A DNA stretch of 64,000 nucleotides from Syncephalis fuscata S228. Its lineage: Eukaryota; Fungi; Zoopagomycota. A program made the position numbers and the translations under genes. This document shows, piece by piece, positions 16,882 to 30,036 of this stretch. The stretch spans positions 186,001 through 250,000 of the forward strand of contig JAHLTZ010000002.1 of assembly GCA_025786725.1 (NCBI GenBank), in the 5' to 3' direction. Under the pieces are notes generated by a model. That model was not told the DNA's origin and ran no database searches. It worked only from the letters and a program-made list of their open reading frames with translations. Position 1 is the stretch's first letter, and every line of letters begins with the position of its first letter.

Positions 16882-19498
16882 ATGGATATGTCTGATAGTC
16901 CTTTATTTTCCAGTGGCGGCACTGGCCCCTCTACTTCGGAAATGTTTGGCCATCCACCAGGTATAAACAGTCATTTTAGTTTCAGTCGGTCTGCAGATTT
17001 AATGGCGCAATCTTCCGAGTTGGCTCATGCTGGTGTTACTCGACTAGACTCAGAATTTCATAGCTTTCATGTAGTCAACAGTGTAGATGATTTAGTTGTG
17101 GATGCAAAACTACGTTTAATGTGCACTCATTTCAGACTGAAATGACCCAAGAAATCGATATGGATGATGCTGTAACGACTTTGGATAGCCAGGCTGAAGA
17201 GCCTCCAGCATGGGGCATTTTGCAGACTGCCAACAACAAATATCCAACAATCTACATGACCAAAGAGGATACGCCGGGTGGTAAACAAGGTGGTTATCTG
17301 CTTGGAAGACATAGAGAATGCGACGTTATGTAGGTTCTATAACAAATAGTCACAGCAAATAATAACGTCAGTGTGTAGATTTGAGTCCTCATTGATTAGT
17401 AATCGTCATTGTCTTATCTATAAAGTGAATGTATGTGACAATGGATAAACAAGCTATTTAAACTAACAATGAATAGGAGCGTCGTCATAATCCAAGTTTT
17501 GAAGAACAAGGGCGAGAGCGAGTTTTTGTGGAAGATCTTAGCTCAAATGGTACGTTCGTCAATGGTGTCAAGATTGGACGAGGCAATCGGCGCGAACTGG
17601 TACACGGCGATGAATTACAGCTAGCCATTTGGACTGCCGGATCTGAAATTCCATATTTCTACGATAAATGTAAGACGGTTTATTTTGTTATATCGACTAA
17701 ACTGTAACCATGGGAATAAAATATAGTTTATATATTCCAGCAGCCGCCTTCGCATAGAAATACTCAGGTAAGCTTGAATAAAACCATTGACCACAATGCT
17801 GATTAATACTATGTAGAAATTTAAAGACCTGTATGTTATACATAGTGTATTAGGATCGTAAGTAAACAAGTGTACAATTAAATGCATATCAATAGCAGTT
17901 TACACCTAGAGGAGCATTCGCTACGGTTAAATTGGCATTAGAACGTCGGACTGGCCAGTCGGTGGCGGTCAAAATTATGGATAGACGTGCTCTTTATAAG
18001 CGTGGCCAGATGAATGACCAGATTGACCAAGAAACACGAATTTTAATGGCATTGGATCATGTAAGTGTTTGATGTTTGAGGTTTAATCTTGTATAGATTC
18101 TAAACACCAGCTTGTAAACACCATCTAGCCTTGTATAGTAAAGATTAACGAAGTGTTTAACGAGGAGCAGTTTTATATGGTTCTCGAATTGTGAGTTGAT
18201 CATTAGCAGTTACACTCTAGTTTAAATACTAATCAGCTAAATTTATTCAAACTAGTCTTCCTGGTGGTGAATTATTTGAACGTATTAAAAAGCACGGCTG
18301 CTTTAACGAGCTAGAAGCTCGTATTATTTTTTTGCAACTATTTCATGCTATTAAGGTATTTGCTATTCTTAATAAACCAATGTGCAAAGTGATTAATAAT
18401 ATACACACAATAGTATTTGCATCGCCGTGATATTACGCACAGAGACTTGAAGCCTGAGGTATTTAGCGCTAATATTAGTCTGCAACTGTGCTGATGATTG
18501 TATAGAATATTTTGATGTATGATTCATCATCGCTACGGTTGAAAGTATCAGATTTTGGATTGGCCAAAATGGTCAGCGAAGAAACTTTTCTACACACACT
18601 GTGTGGTACACCAAGCTATGGTATGTCTAGTACCAAATATCAATCGAGATTTATTAACGAATTGTCTATTAATTGCAGTGGCTCCTGAAGTATTTAATAA
18701 CAACTCTCAGCGTGCTTACACCAAGGCAGTAGATATGTGGAGCTGCGGTGTTATTCTGTACGTTTGTCTATCAGGCCAGGTGCCATTTAACGGTATGTCC
18801 AATACGCATAGCATCTAATAATAAGCTAAAGTGCACAAACACTGTTTTACCCAGCAATGCGGTCCCCACCAACGTTAAAAGAACAAATCCAACAGGGACT
18901 TTACAATTTCGATGGGCCAGCATGGGCTCACATTTCTGAAAGCGGTAAGCAAACTATAGGTAAAAGTAAAATAGATGGATATACTGACAGGTCACCTTTA
19001 ACAGCCAAGGATTTGATTGAATGGCTATTAGCCACTAATCCAGAAGAGCGTGCTACGATTGACAATGCGCTTGCTCATCCATGGATGCAGGAAACCGATT
19101 TGAGTATAGGCGGTTTAGATGGAGCATTGTTGGTGGAATTGCGTGAAAGCTTGGAAAATACACGCTCATTACGTCGGGAGCCCACAGTTATAGCCAACGA
19201 GGATTTTGCTAATTATAATTCACTAACACTGCAGTTTAATAATTTAAACCCTAATGTGCCTAATAACTCATTCGTGACACCTAGCCAATCGTTTCTCGGG
19301 ACCTCTGATGGCGTCGAAGGCGTTGGCCCACACGCATTCAACGGCATGACGAGTGAGGCTGGTCGTGTCGACCATGGCAGTATGAAGCGTGGCCAATTTG
19401 CGCCATTTGCAGAACCACCAAGGGATGTACCAGGACAGCCCACTGCACCGACATCGTCTAAACGACCAAGAGTTGTGCAGGGTACATGGAAACATTAA
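16882..19498 (+). CDS. FHA-domain Ser/Thr checkpoint kinase (Chk2/Cds1/Dun1-like)
   Basis: TQ motif, FHA domain (LLGRHRECD...ISNRHC...DLSSNGTFVNG) and kinase domain (GAFATV, VAVK, HRDLKPEN, DFG, TLCGTPSYVAPE, DMWSCG). Confidence 0.9.
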
Positions 19499-21356
19499 AT
19501 GTATCGTAGCACATGGCAATTCTGCCGTTACTTTTCTTTTTTCATTTACACCAGGACTGGACGAATTGGACAAAGAGTATTTTTGTAAGAAACTATGAGC
19601 GATTAAACGAAAGACGAGGACAATACCAACGACAATAGAGTGGAGATGATGACACACGTTTTTGTGGACATGAGATTTGCTACAATTTTGTTTATTTCTT
19701 TTTTATCAAGTATTCAATAGATTTTATTTTAGTTGCTGGTTGTTTGGACATTTGTCCATACTATAACTGGTTATAAATAAATCAATTGTGTGTTAGTGAA
19801 GTCAATAAGTCACAGTGTTTATGTTGGCGTCATTATGTATATCATTATTCATCATTCCTATTTCTATCAAATAATGACGCACATCATTTGGAATTTATCA
19901 TATTAATATGTATTAAGCTTAATTTTTCAAAAATACTATTCGAGTCAAAGTGTAGCGGCATGAATACAAATAACAATACACGTATTTTAATTTTAAATCT
20001 ATACGAAATAATTATCACAGGAGTAGTAGCTTATATGATTTCGACTATACCTATTGAGAATATGCTTTGTCAAATAAAATATAGTAATATTTGCTTAATA
20101 AATTCGAAAATGACGCATTCTACTTACAGATTAATAGAATATATTACAAAAAGAATAACCGGCTACAATGTATCATAAACACTGGCGTCAGTAACAGTAC
20201 TGGACCAGAAAAAGCAACGCAAAGATGAAAGACGCTAATACAGCGCCTTGCAAAATCAGTACCTAAGAAAAAGTGCTGATAAGTAGAATTGTCCAGGGAT
20301 GAAAGCGTGTAAAGAGGACGATCAGCGGAACGGTAAAAGCGTATATACTTAACACGGTCATCGTGCTAGAATTGTGCATATACAGCAGTACTAGACCACA
20401 CTGCTATATCGGCGGTGAGTATTTGCCTAGCGATTATATTAGCAATGTGATCTGATATTGTTATATGTGTACAGCAGCTGTGCATGATGACCGTGATAGC
20501 TATATGCTGCCAAATCCGCTGTATGCTTTGGTTTACTATAATCTGCTATAATCCATGGTAATGACAAAGCACAAAACAAGGTTTGCATTACATACTCAAT
20601 ACAGTATAAAAACAAAGCCAAAACTATACTTGCTATATAAACAAAGATTTTAACGCCAGCAATCATAATAAGAAAAATAATTTGTAAAAGAGGTCAGATT
20701 ACAAAAGAGCAATGCAAGGACATAGTGTAGAGGGTGTTTGTACTTGACTAGTAATCAGTCAACTACTGATACTATGTATGTAGTATATATGGAGTGTACA
20801 ATTATATACTATGGATATATGCTATCAAGTGTAAAGAAAGAGAAAGGGAAATGTGATGACGTAGATTGTGAGATGTGATCCTGTCAGTCAATATTTATAA
20901 ACAGCCGAGTTTGACTTATTAATAAATAGTGTAAATAATAAAAGTCAATCTACCCAACATGTCAGTACATCATAGAACAGAATAATAGTAAATGAATAAA
21001 TGCATTGAGAATAAAGTCATTTGACACCGAAACTACTCATTATTATAAAACATATATTCAGTATAATAGCGAATGTATTAAAAAAATAAAAGTTATTTGG
21101 CACCAAAAATAAGTAATATACATATTAACTGTTTATAATGATATTGGTTTGCTGCGCAGTAATTAAGTGCGAGATTGTATATATTACAATTTTGATGTAA
21201 GGCATTATGCAATATTGACAGTTTGTATATAAGTAAAATACTTTTATATTTTTATACTATATATTATATATAATTTAAAATGGACAAGAAAAAGCGAAAT
21301 GCCAACAAAATTTGCACATGAATGATAAAGAAGGAAAGCAGCAAGCGGGATGCGAT

Positions 21357-22857
21357 CTAGCGTAGTCTTGTACCTTGCCGGCGTGTAGATCCGATACGAT
21401 GGACGCCATCTAGCACCTCGCGCCGCAGTGAATTCAACCGACCTCCGCCACTCACGCCACTACGGTCGCCGGGACCTAATGGCTTCTCAGCTACAAATAT
21501 GTGTAAGTTGTGGTAAGATTGTTCGGTGCCAAGTAGTGGTACAGCCATCTCGACCAATGCATCGTATTCGGCCCGTGATATACGGCCAACTGCCAAAGCA
21601 GTAGCTGTACCGGCCGACATAGTCATTTGTAAGTGCCGCATCATAGAGCGACCTAGTGGACCGCCCCATCCACCACATGGAATGGCAATGGTTTCATGGT
21701 GGACGCCTGTGAAGCCAACATGCTCCAGCAATTTATCTAAATGGCGAATGGCATCGGGATTGACGCTACTTTGACGAAGTGCATCGCCTAAAATTATATT
21801 CAGCTGAACAAGTGCCTCTTTGTTGGCCGCATCGATAGTGTTTGGATTGCTTACGGCTGTAGCCGTCGCTATCTGACTATTCATCGTCTGCTCAAGTTCG
21901 ACGAGAAACACGCGGCCACCAGGACGACATAGTCGATAAAGCTCGCGTGCCACCGATGGCCACTGCTTTTCTGTAATGTAGCATCCAATTTGACGCTGGT
22001 GAATCAGATCAAAACTATCATCGCTATGGGGCAGTCCTATAATTATAGCTTTATAAATAAAATGTGGTTGATTATTTACTGCATTGTTATTTACCTTGTA
22101 AAATGCTGCCTTGCTCCCATCGGCAATTGCTGGGCGTTGGGGAGTGGTTCATTATGTCGACAATGTCGCAACCAACAAATTGGACATCAGGATATTCGGT
22201 GGCCATTTCCTGTAAAGTACCAATAAATATGATATTCAAATAATGATATACGGCGAAACACCTACCACTAGCCAAGTGCCATCTCCTGTGCCGATATCTA
22301 GCACACGGCACATATTTAATTCACTTGCTACGGGGCAATTGCCACCCAGAACGTGCTTAACAATTTTGTGATAGAGATCGTATCTACAATCTATTTGTTG
22401 AGTTGATTTGTCGAGTCCATCAAGTGTCAGCTCACCTTTCTGTTTCCATTGTATCGATGGGCATTATAGAGCAGCCATCTCGCATTCGTACATGAGGACG
22501 GCCATCCATCCAGCAAAATTCTATTTCGTAGGATGTGTTGCGTCGCAACATCCTACGTGTTTGCCAACGATACTGTTGGTTGCCGGTATTTTTTTCCGCT
22601 TCTGGAGTTAAACATCTATCGAGCGAATATCGTTGCTGCAACGACATCTGGCGTTGATGTGTTAGCTTGTGATACGACGCATGATGCTGAAGCGACGAAC
22701 GACGAGGATTAACTGTGGGTGATAGCGGGGCTGACGATGAACTGCCGCTATCACTACCTGCAATGGATCCTGGTGGTGAGGACCATTGGCGATGTCGCAG
22801 ACCGTGGCCAGCGGGTGCGCCGCCGGAGATCGTTTCTTTACCAGGCTGGTTCCCCAT
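21357..22857 (-). CDS. SAM-dependent methyltransferase (LaeA-like/Methyltransf_25 type), paralogue 1
   Basis: MGNQPG start, VLDIGTGDGTWL, GCDI, FDLIHQR, ELYRLCRPGG, IPCGGWGG. Confidence 0.85.
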
Positions 22858-23235
22858 ATTACGTCTAGTGTTGGGTAGTTGGCTGGTGCGTAGTTTACAA
22901 AAAAAAGCGGAGCTAGTAAAACAAAAGGTAAAAGAGCCAGCTGCACGCCAAGTTCTATTCGCTGTTATAATATATAGGACAAGAAGAAAGTGTCGTACTA
23001 CCGTGGCCAAGGACGGTCGGAAAAAAGTTGACTCGCTAGTAGAGGATAAAAACCGGTGAAGATACTACATTAAGGGCTGTTGAAAAATAGAAGCGTGCGT
23101 GTTGATATCGCTCTCGCTGTAGCGGTGTTATTGTCAATCTGACCTTTGCATGAATCCGTCCTTGACGATATGTCCAAAGTGACGCAATTGGCGATGGGAA
23201 TATGTGGTTCAAGGCGAGCGTTCCACTAGTACGAC

Positions 23236-23910
23236 ATGTTTTTACAAATTAAAAAACAGCGTGAAAAAGCCGGTTTTTTATTCGGTATAGACGATGGCTA
23301 CCACGTGGACGTTGTGCATCCAGTTAAATTGTAAATATCTTACCTGACTAACTCCGCCACCATCTATTTAACTAGTAATAATTAGCTATTATTTACTAAT
23401 CCGTTCATTAAACCACTCAATGTAGAAATAGTTATATGAACTATCACAGCACATTCATATGGGTTGTCACATGAATACTCATATAAGCAACGACACTGTA
23501 AATTGTTGCTATCTACGCTGTTAAATCATCATTATTATTATTATTATTACAATTATTATTATTATACTAAATCGATACCAATATATAAATTAACATAGTT
23601 ATATTATTTGTCTATAAATGCCACAATAGGATGATTTTTAAGCAATATACTGTTTTAAAACACAGACTCATTGCGACAATAGAAAGAAAAAGTCACTAAT
23701 AATTTAATAAGCTGCAGAGGGTAGCAACAAGTATCTTTTGCTGATCTTTCAGTCAGTAATCTTTTACTTATTTGTAATTTTGATTATACAATGTCAACAA
23801 CTTGGCGTATACATAAAATATTTGTATGCTTTTAAAAATTAAAAACAGCGTGGAAAAGCCGATTCTTATTCGACGTAGACAACAGCTACCATGCAGTTAT
23901 TGTGCACCCA
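23236..23910 (+). repeat. Imperfect ~85-bp direct repeat (23236-23322 and 23826-23910)
   Basis: AAATTAAAAAACAGCGTGAAAAAGCCG...TAGACGATGGCTACCA...TTGTGCA versus AAATTAAAAACAGCGTGGAAAAGCCG...TAGACAACAGCTACCA...TTGTGCA. Confidence 0.75.
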
Positions 23911-24129
23911 AATCATGAAGAACACATAGTTCATATAATTTTATTCTTTGTCAAAAAAGTAATGTTACATATGTCTTAATTATCGCATCTGCAATAGTTT
24001 ATAAATGAGAGAACGGATGGGCAAAACTGTAGAATACAAGAAAAGTAATAAGGAATAATAATATCAACATAGCTGCTAAATGGAAATACTAACGATGGAA
24101 GAATGAGTTACAATATGTATGGAGAGAGG

Positions 24130-25797
24130 CTAGTTATGTTCAGATGGCATGGAAAAACGGCGTGATGTCCAGGAATGATTGTTATCGTCATTATTGACAC
24201 CAGAATTGATACTTTCTGAATTAAAGCCAGAGTTGCGTCCGAAACTTGCCAAACTCCATCGAAAGTTTGACGACGAAGGCGTGGCTGGTGGTGTTATAAA
24301 TGATATTTGCGGTGAATTACTCATTGGTTTTCTTGCCTGGTAAAAGTAGAGCACCGCATAGCACTGATTAATTTCCATCTCCGCCAAGGCATCATTGATA
24401 ATACGGTCTATTTCATGACTGCGGAGTTTGCAATGGCGAACAAGTACGGGACGAGCTGACTCAGCCATATGGCGCGTAGCATCTGCAAGAGTACGCCCAA
24501 CCAGGCCTCCCCAAGCACCAATGGGCACTGCCGTTTGCTTAACTTCAACGTCAACAAAGCCAGCCTGGCGTAGTCGTGGTTCCATTTGTTCGATAGCATT
24601 TGGATCGACTCCGGCCGTGCTTAAACCGCTGCGAAGTAGACGCTGTAATTCAGCAACATTATGGCCAACTGGCTCCCAATGAATTCCCATTTCGACCAAA
24701 TTCAACTGTCCACCGGGACTGCAAACACGGTGTAGCTCTTGCATAACACGGGATAATCGTTTGGCAGGCAGATAAAAGCCTAACTGACGCTGGTGAACCA
24801 TATCGAATTGGTTATCGTCGAATGGTAAGCCTAGAAATGGACATGTGCGTTAATACCGATAGCCAGTCTTGATATCGATGCACACAATGCCGTCTCTTAC
24901 CATAAAGTACATTGCCTTCGACCCATCTACAATTTTTTGGTAATGCATCGCCACCTGTTAGATCAACGATGTCGCAGCCAATTACTTCGCTGTCCGGGAA
25001 TTCCATAGACATTTCCTACATCATTCAAATGTAAGTATATAGAAATCAACCAATGGTAATCATTTAACACCTACCTGAATCCATATACCGCTTCCAGAAC
25101 CAATGTCTAGAATTCGATGGAGCTGACAAGGCAAATCACCATGGTAGTTGCGATCTAGCACATGTTTTACAATATAGTGAAAGCGATCCATGCTATTATT
25201 AAAATCAATCAATGTAAACACATAAGCAAATTATTAGATGATGCTACTGATGGTCATGATTTACTAGCACTTTACATACCTATCGGTTTCTAGTAAATCA
25301 CTAGGTAATAAGGCACAGGAGCTACCGATCCGAACGTGAGTGCGGCCCTCCAATAGTCTTGTACTAGGACCCTGGTTTGCGTCGCGCTGCCATGTGCGCC
25401 ATGAAATACGACGAGAACTACGACGAGACACGTGCACTTCGGTATTCTCGCCTTGTCTTAGGCTATCTGTACTGCTCATGCTGCGCAGATCTGTACCGGC
25501 CACGCTGTTGTTCATGTCGGATGATTGTGAGGAAAAGCTTTTTTGCAGTCGAACAGACTGTTGAAAGCTAGAGTAGCTGGCCCTCGGTGCAGATGGCAAT
25601 GGAGCATTAGTGCTATTCAGCCTCATAAACGCCAATGGAGCATTCAGAATGCGTCTTTGCTTAGTGGCAGCACGAATATCAGGTGCGCTAAATGATCGAC
25701 GGCTTTTACCGTCTTTATTTTTAAAAACTATTTCAGAAGAGCGGCGATCAAGTATAGTTTGCTGGCTGCCATCTAATTTCGTTGATTGATTTCCCAT
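24130..25797 (-). CDS. SAM-dependent methyltransferase, paralogue 2
   Basis: MGNQST start, ILDIGSGSGIWI, GCDIVD, FDMVHQR, ELHRVCSPGG, VPIGAWGG; same intron positions as paralogue 1. Confidence 0.85.
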
Positions 25798-26874
25798 TGA
25801 TGTACCCAACCACTCGATAATCGTTATTCTATGGTTTATATGCACAATAACGTATATATTACACGATTATGCGATATTGAATAGATAACTAGCGTAGTGG
25901 TAGTGACTGTTTTACATAAATAAAGTGAATGAGTATACGTATATAGATGTGAAGCATAAACACAGATAAAAAAACAGTCCTTTAGAAAAAAGCCGTTTAA
26001 ATAGCTTTAAAAATTAGGCAAAAGGGGAAATCCAGATTTAATGTAGGAATGGCTAAAGATAAGAACGAAGAGAAAAAGATGTAGAAAGATTGTCGGCGGA
26101 AAAGATATGGCTACGATAGACGTAGTCGATGGCAAATTTATGTGTTTGGTTTTTAATTATGCTTTGCTAGTGGACCACATTACTCGTCAAGTTTTTGGCC
26201 ATGGCTGAAAACAAACTTGAAAAGACTTGTAGCACGAGGTCTTGTTAGTTTTGGTCAGCAAGCATGCTACAGGGTGGGAAAACAACGCACGAACTGGACA
26301 TCATGTGTACACATCCTTGGCGATAAACTTGCCAGCCACTAATGCCTTGTGCCATTGCCGTTGTCGTGACCATCGTCATTATTGGTAGAAAGGTTACCAA
26401 ATTGGCATTGCTTCTCTATTACATTCCAAGTATCTCTTGCACTCTTATTGGTCTAGATAATACATGAATCCCAAGCTATAAAAATGATGTTTTGTTAATG
26501 CAGCAATTACTTTCGCTCCGCAACTACTATTGCACGCTTGCATGCACTTTGGATTCGGACCGAAATACTGTACTTTCAAATTCTTCTTCAATTACAAGTG
26601 GTCAAAGTGCATTTTGGCACTTTCCAATACCTTAGAACAACTGTGCTACGCAATATACCACTAACAGCTAATAAAGTGCTGATGTAGGACAAACTATTTC
26701 TACATTTCGTCTACGCACTTGATCACCATTTTCAAGTTAGTTTTACTAATTTTTTTTAGCAATGTATTATACTATATGTTAAATAGCAAAGACAGATTTA
26801 TTGCATACTATACGAGAATCATGCTTAATTGACTTCACACTCCTTGTAAACGCGAATAGAATTAGAGTATAATT

Positions 26875-27133
26875 CCATCATGATGAGGCGTAGTTCACAT
26901 GCTTCATGTTGTTAGCAGACACAATGACGCCGCATTGACGGTTTCGGGCCGTAGCTAGCAGCGCTGTGTGATTTAGATGCATAAAATATGTTTGAATTTA
27001 TCTGTTAGATGCGGGTATATTGTAGAGAGCGCCTTTGTCAGATGATTACGCATGTTTAATGGTGTTGTGTCGCGTTTAGTTCCAAAAGACCACGCGCCCA
27101 TAAGAGTTTTAAAGCGTCTGTGGGGTCAGATGG
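26875..27133 (+). ncRNA. Candidate box C/D snoRNA-like RNA
   Basis: CCA-tc-ATGATGA (box C) ... CAGA-TGG (non-canonical box D with a 3-bp terminal stem). AGGCGTAGTTCAC is complementary, with one G-U pair, to the conserved LSU rRNA motif GUGAACUAUGCCU. Confidence 0.3.
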
Positions 27134-27832
27134 CACTTTTAATAGCACTGGTTTTACATTGTGAGTAATTTAAAATCGCTACTTGTTAATGCGCAGTGAC
27201 CCATACTATGTCAGCATAGAATATGCTACACTCATGTTATTATGCACACGCTCAACAGGCTTATAGCAATTATTCATCATTTTTAGGAAAAATTTTATCA
27301 ATGATTTAGCAATGTATTAAATATATAGGCCGCACTAATGTAACCAATAAGTCATATTATACATCATCATACCACTACTCCTTATACACATGTACTTACT
27401 ATCGCATGATCACTATGTTGATCTCCTTACTAAATTTAACACGTTATTTAGCTACTTTAATTGTAGAATATAATGACCAGCAAATAAACCATCGACCCAA
27501 TGTCACTTTACTTACTTTTTCTTTTTGACCAGTTTTCCATCAGCTTTGTCTTAATGCTATGGCATTTAAGCAAGCATACTTATGCACCATGTCTATCATA
27601 ACATTTAAACCAAATAATGCTTTATTCCTAAGTGCCGTAAACTAAAGATACTAGATGCCTTGATCAAACTTATTTATTTTGTTTTAACGAGTCATTAAAT
27701 CGCTGAGTGATTGCAATACACATTAGCGAACATCGACATTTAAATTTATCATACTTTTTTCCTCACGTACTAGCTTTATAGAAAATACAACCTTTTATTC
27801 CACGACTAAATCTTAATAAAGCCATACTTACG

Positions 27833-28731
27833 ATAAAATCCATTCTTGCTGTTACTACCACTGCACTTATGCTAGTATCGGCTACTCAAGCCGCATCTGG
27901 TGGTAACATATCAAATTTACCTGAATTTAATCCTAAGCCTAAGCCAGGTCCTATTAGTAGGCGTCTCTTCCAAGTTATTCGTACTATTTGTTAACTCTAT
28001 TATTCATATAAAATTTATGGGATTTAAAGGCAACAATCCAAAGAGCCCATTTACCATACATGGTATCCATTTTACGAAAAACCCATACAAAGTTAAAGGT
28101 GTTACTATATCAAAGGAACGCAGCATAGCCAGCCTATTACACTTGCATGTGGAATAGATTCAAATACAAAAGATGGTGCTTTTAAAGTATACAAGGCAAG
28201 TTTTATATAACAATAGATATGCATTAATTAACAAGCATTACCATCAATAGAATTTAATTGTACATTCTCCATTATTTAACAGTGACAAGTTTTGGTTCCT
28301 GTACCTAAAAAAAACTTTATATTCCCCGGAAATAGGCGTTATATCATACCAGGCCAATGTGAACAGACATATAAACAATTTGCCGATAATCCTCTCAGGT
28401 ATGGCAACTTTAATAGTATTGCTTTCATATAATATTTATAATGCTAATTTTTTGCCTTTGATAAAGCCGTTTAACAAAATGGGTATTTAAGAATGGACAA
28501 GAAGAAATGATGCGTCTTCATATAAATGATACTACTTTAGATAAAAATTTTCAGCTTGTTCCTGATAAAGTAAAACTGAAATACTCTGCAAAACTAAAGA
28601 CGATGGATATACAGAAAAGATGAAAACTTTATACAGTTTGGTTTGAGCTTATGATAACATTTATAATCTAAAGCCAGATGAATGTTTGGAGAAGGCAGAC
28701 AAGTTCATAATAGACTTGTTGGAAAGAATGA
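27833..28731 (+). pseudogene. Decayed secreted-protein gene, copy 1 (start codon reads ATA)
   Basis: Homologous to 57559-58704. Signal-peptide-like (I)KSILAVTTTALMLVSATQA, FMGFKGNNPKSPFTIHGIHFTK; frameshifts, stops and a degraded splice acceptor. Confidence 0.75.
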
Positions 28732-29198
28732 TATTAATTGTACTCCGGGTTGGCTTTATCAGCAATAGTTTATTAAATAATTCATGACATGTTAGGACTC
28801 AATTACTATAACTGTGTACTATACTTTATCCACCATTTATTTGTTTATAGTTGTATTATAGATATAATTGTAAGTTAGATTGCCATGGTTTTATTAAATA
28901 CAAATTAAAACAGCTATAAATTGTATTGAATTTAAGGATAAAAAAGTTATTTATTCATAAAATTAGTATTGCTCTTGAAGCTAATAATACTTTTGCGTTT
29001 CTTTCCAAAGGTTGGTTTTTTCTTTTAATAAAATTTGTATCAAATCTTTATCGACTTTAATGGCAATACATATGGTATAATTACTATTGCATTTGCAAGA
29101 GTGTAATATGAGGTCCGTGAAACCTGTCCCATAAGCGATGATCGAAATAGGAAATTCTACCAATCTGTCATACTGGCACCGTCTTTACGTGCGCCATT

Positions 29199-29400
29199 AA
29201 AAAGGGGCTGTAGCGGAGGAGGTAGGATTCGTCTTACCTTGGTGCTGTCAGCAATGGCAGCATCTTCTCCATAATGCTATGGTAGCGCCGCTGTGGCAAT
29301 GCCATCGAAACGTCATCAAGAGTTTTGGCAGCTATAATTTTTCGGTCCAACGACCTAAAGGGTGGTCCCTTGGCTTCGCTCAAGCTGGGACTGCCTTCTT
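29199..29400 (+). ncRNA. U11: U11 snRNA (minor spliceosome), expanded form
   Basis: 5' AAAAAGGGGCTG, SL3 CGAAACGTCATCAAGAGTTTTG, closing CAGC, Sm site AATTTTT and a 3' hairpin, in the same order as vertebrate U11 as recalled (AAAAAGGGCUUC...GACAUCAAGAGAUUUCGGAAGCAUAAUUUUU). Confidence 0.9.
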
Positions 29401-30036
29401 ATTAATATAAACAAAAATGTGTTTTTAAATAGTTAGATTGTTGATAGTAATAATAATAATAAATCAGTGGGCTTTTTGTTTGACTTATTTATTAACTGTA
29501 TACAATGTTTCTATTCTAATTATCTCAAAGCTGGAGCTGCTTAATTGGCTGCATTAACAAAATAAACGGTATCTTTTTACCGATATACATTTATATAATT
29601 GTAATATATTATCACTATTTACCAAACAGTTATATTTAAACTCTGCAAATAGCATTCTTATTTCTTTGTAGCCATGCTTAATCAATCTAATTTAGTATAA
29701 TTAGATTGCCCAATCATTACTTTGGTTATTTTGACAGTATTGCACTTTCATTGATAAACTATAGACTACGGATGGTCGACATCGTATATTTCAAAAAATA
29801 TTTCTCAGTCTCAATACTACTACAACGTACAAGCGGCGCATCATTTGTACGATAAACATCGAAAAAAGTAATGGTAAAACGGGGAATTAGGCGACATGAG
29901 GCTGTGCATTAAACAAATCCATAGGCATTTGTATCATAAACTGGTTATAGCTGCCCCTAATAGTCATGGTGCAAAGTGGCAGCAACAGTAGCAACAACAA
30001 TATGCCATGCCCACATTTATACGCACTGGACATAAA

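Noticed and set aside
19786-20666. ORFs of 130 aa (+) and 75 aa (-) in the spacer after the kinase
   Set aside because: AT-rich composition, no recognisable motif and no convincing exon chain; a small membrane peptide cannot be excluded.
29232-29245. CTTACCT suggesting a U1 snRNA
   Set aside because: It is internal and base-paired within a hairpin, and the surrounding landmarks (AAAAAGGG, AUCAAGA loop) identify U11.
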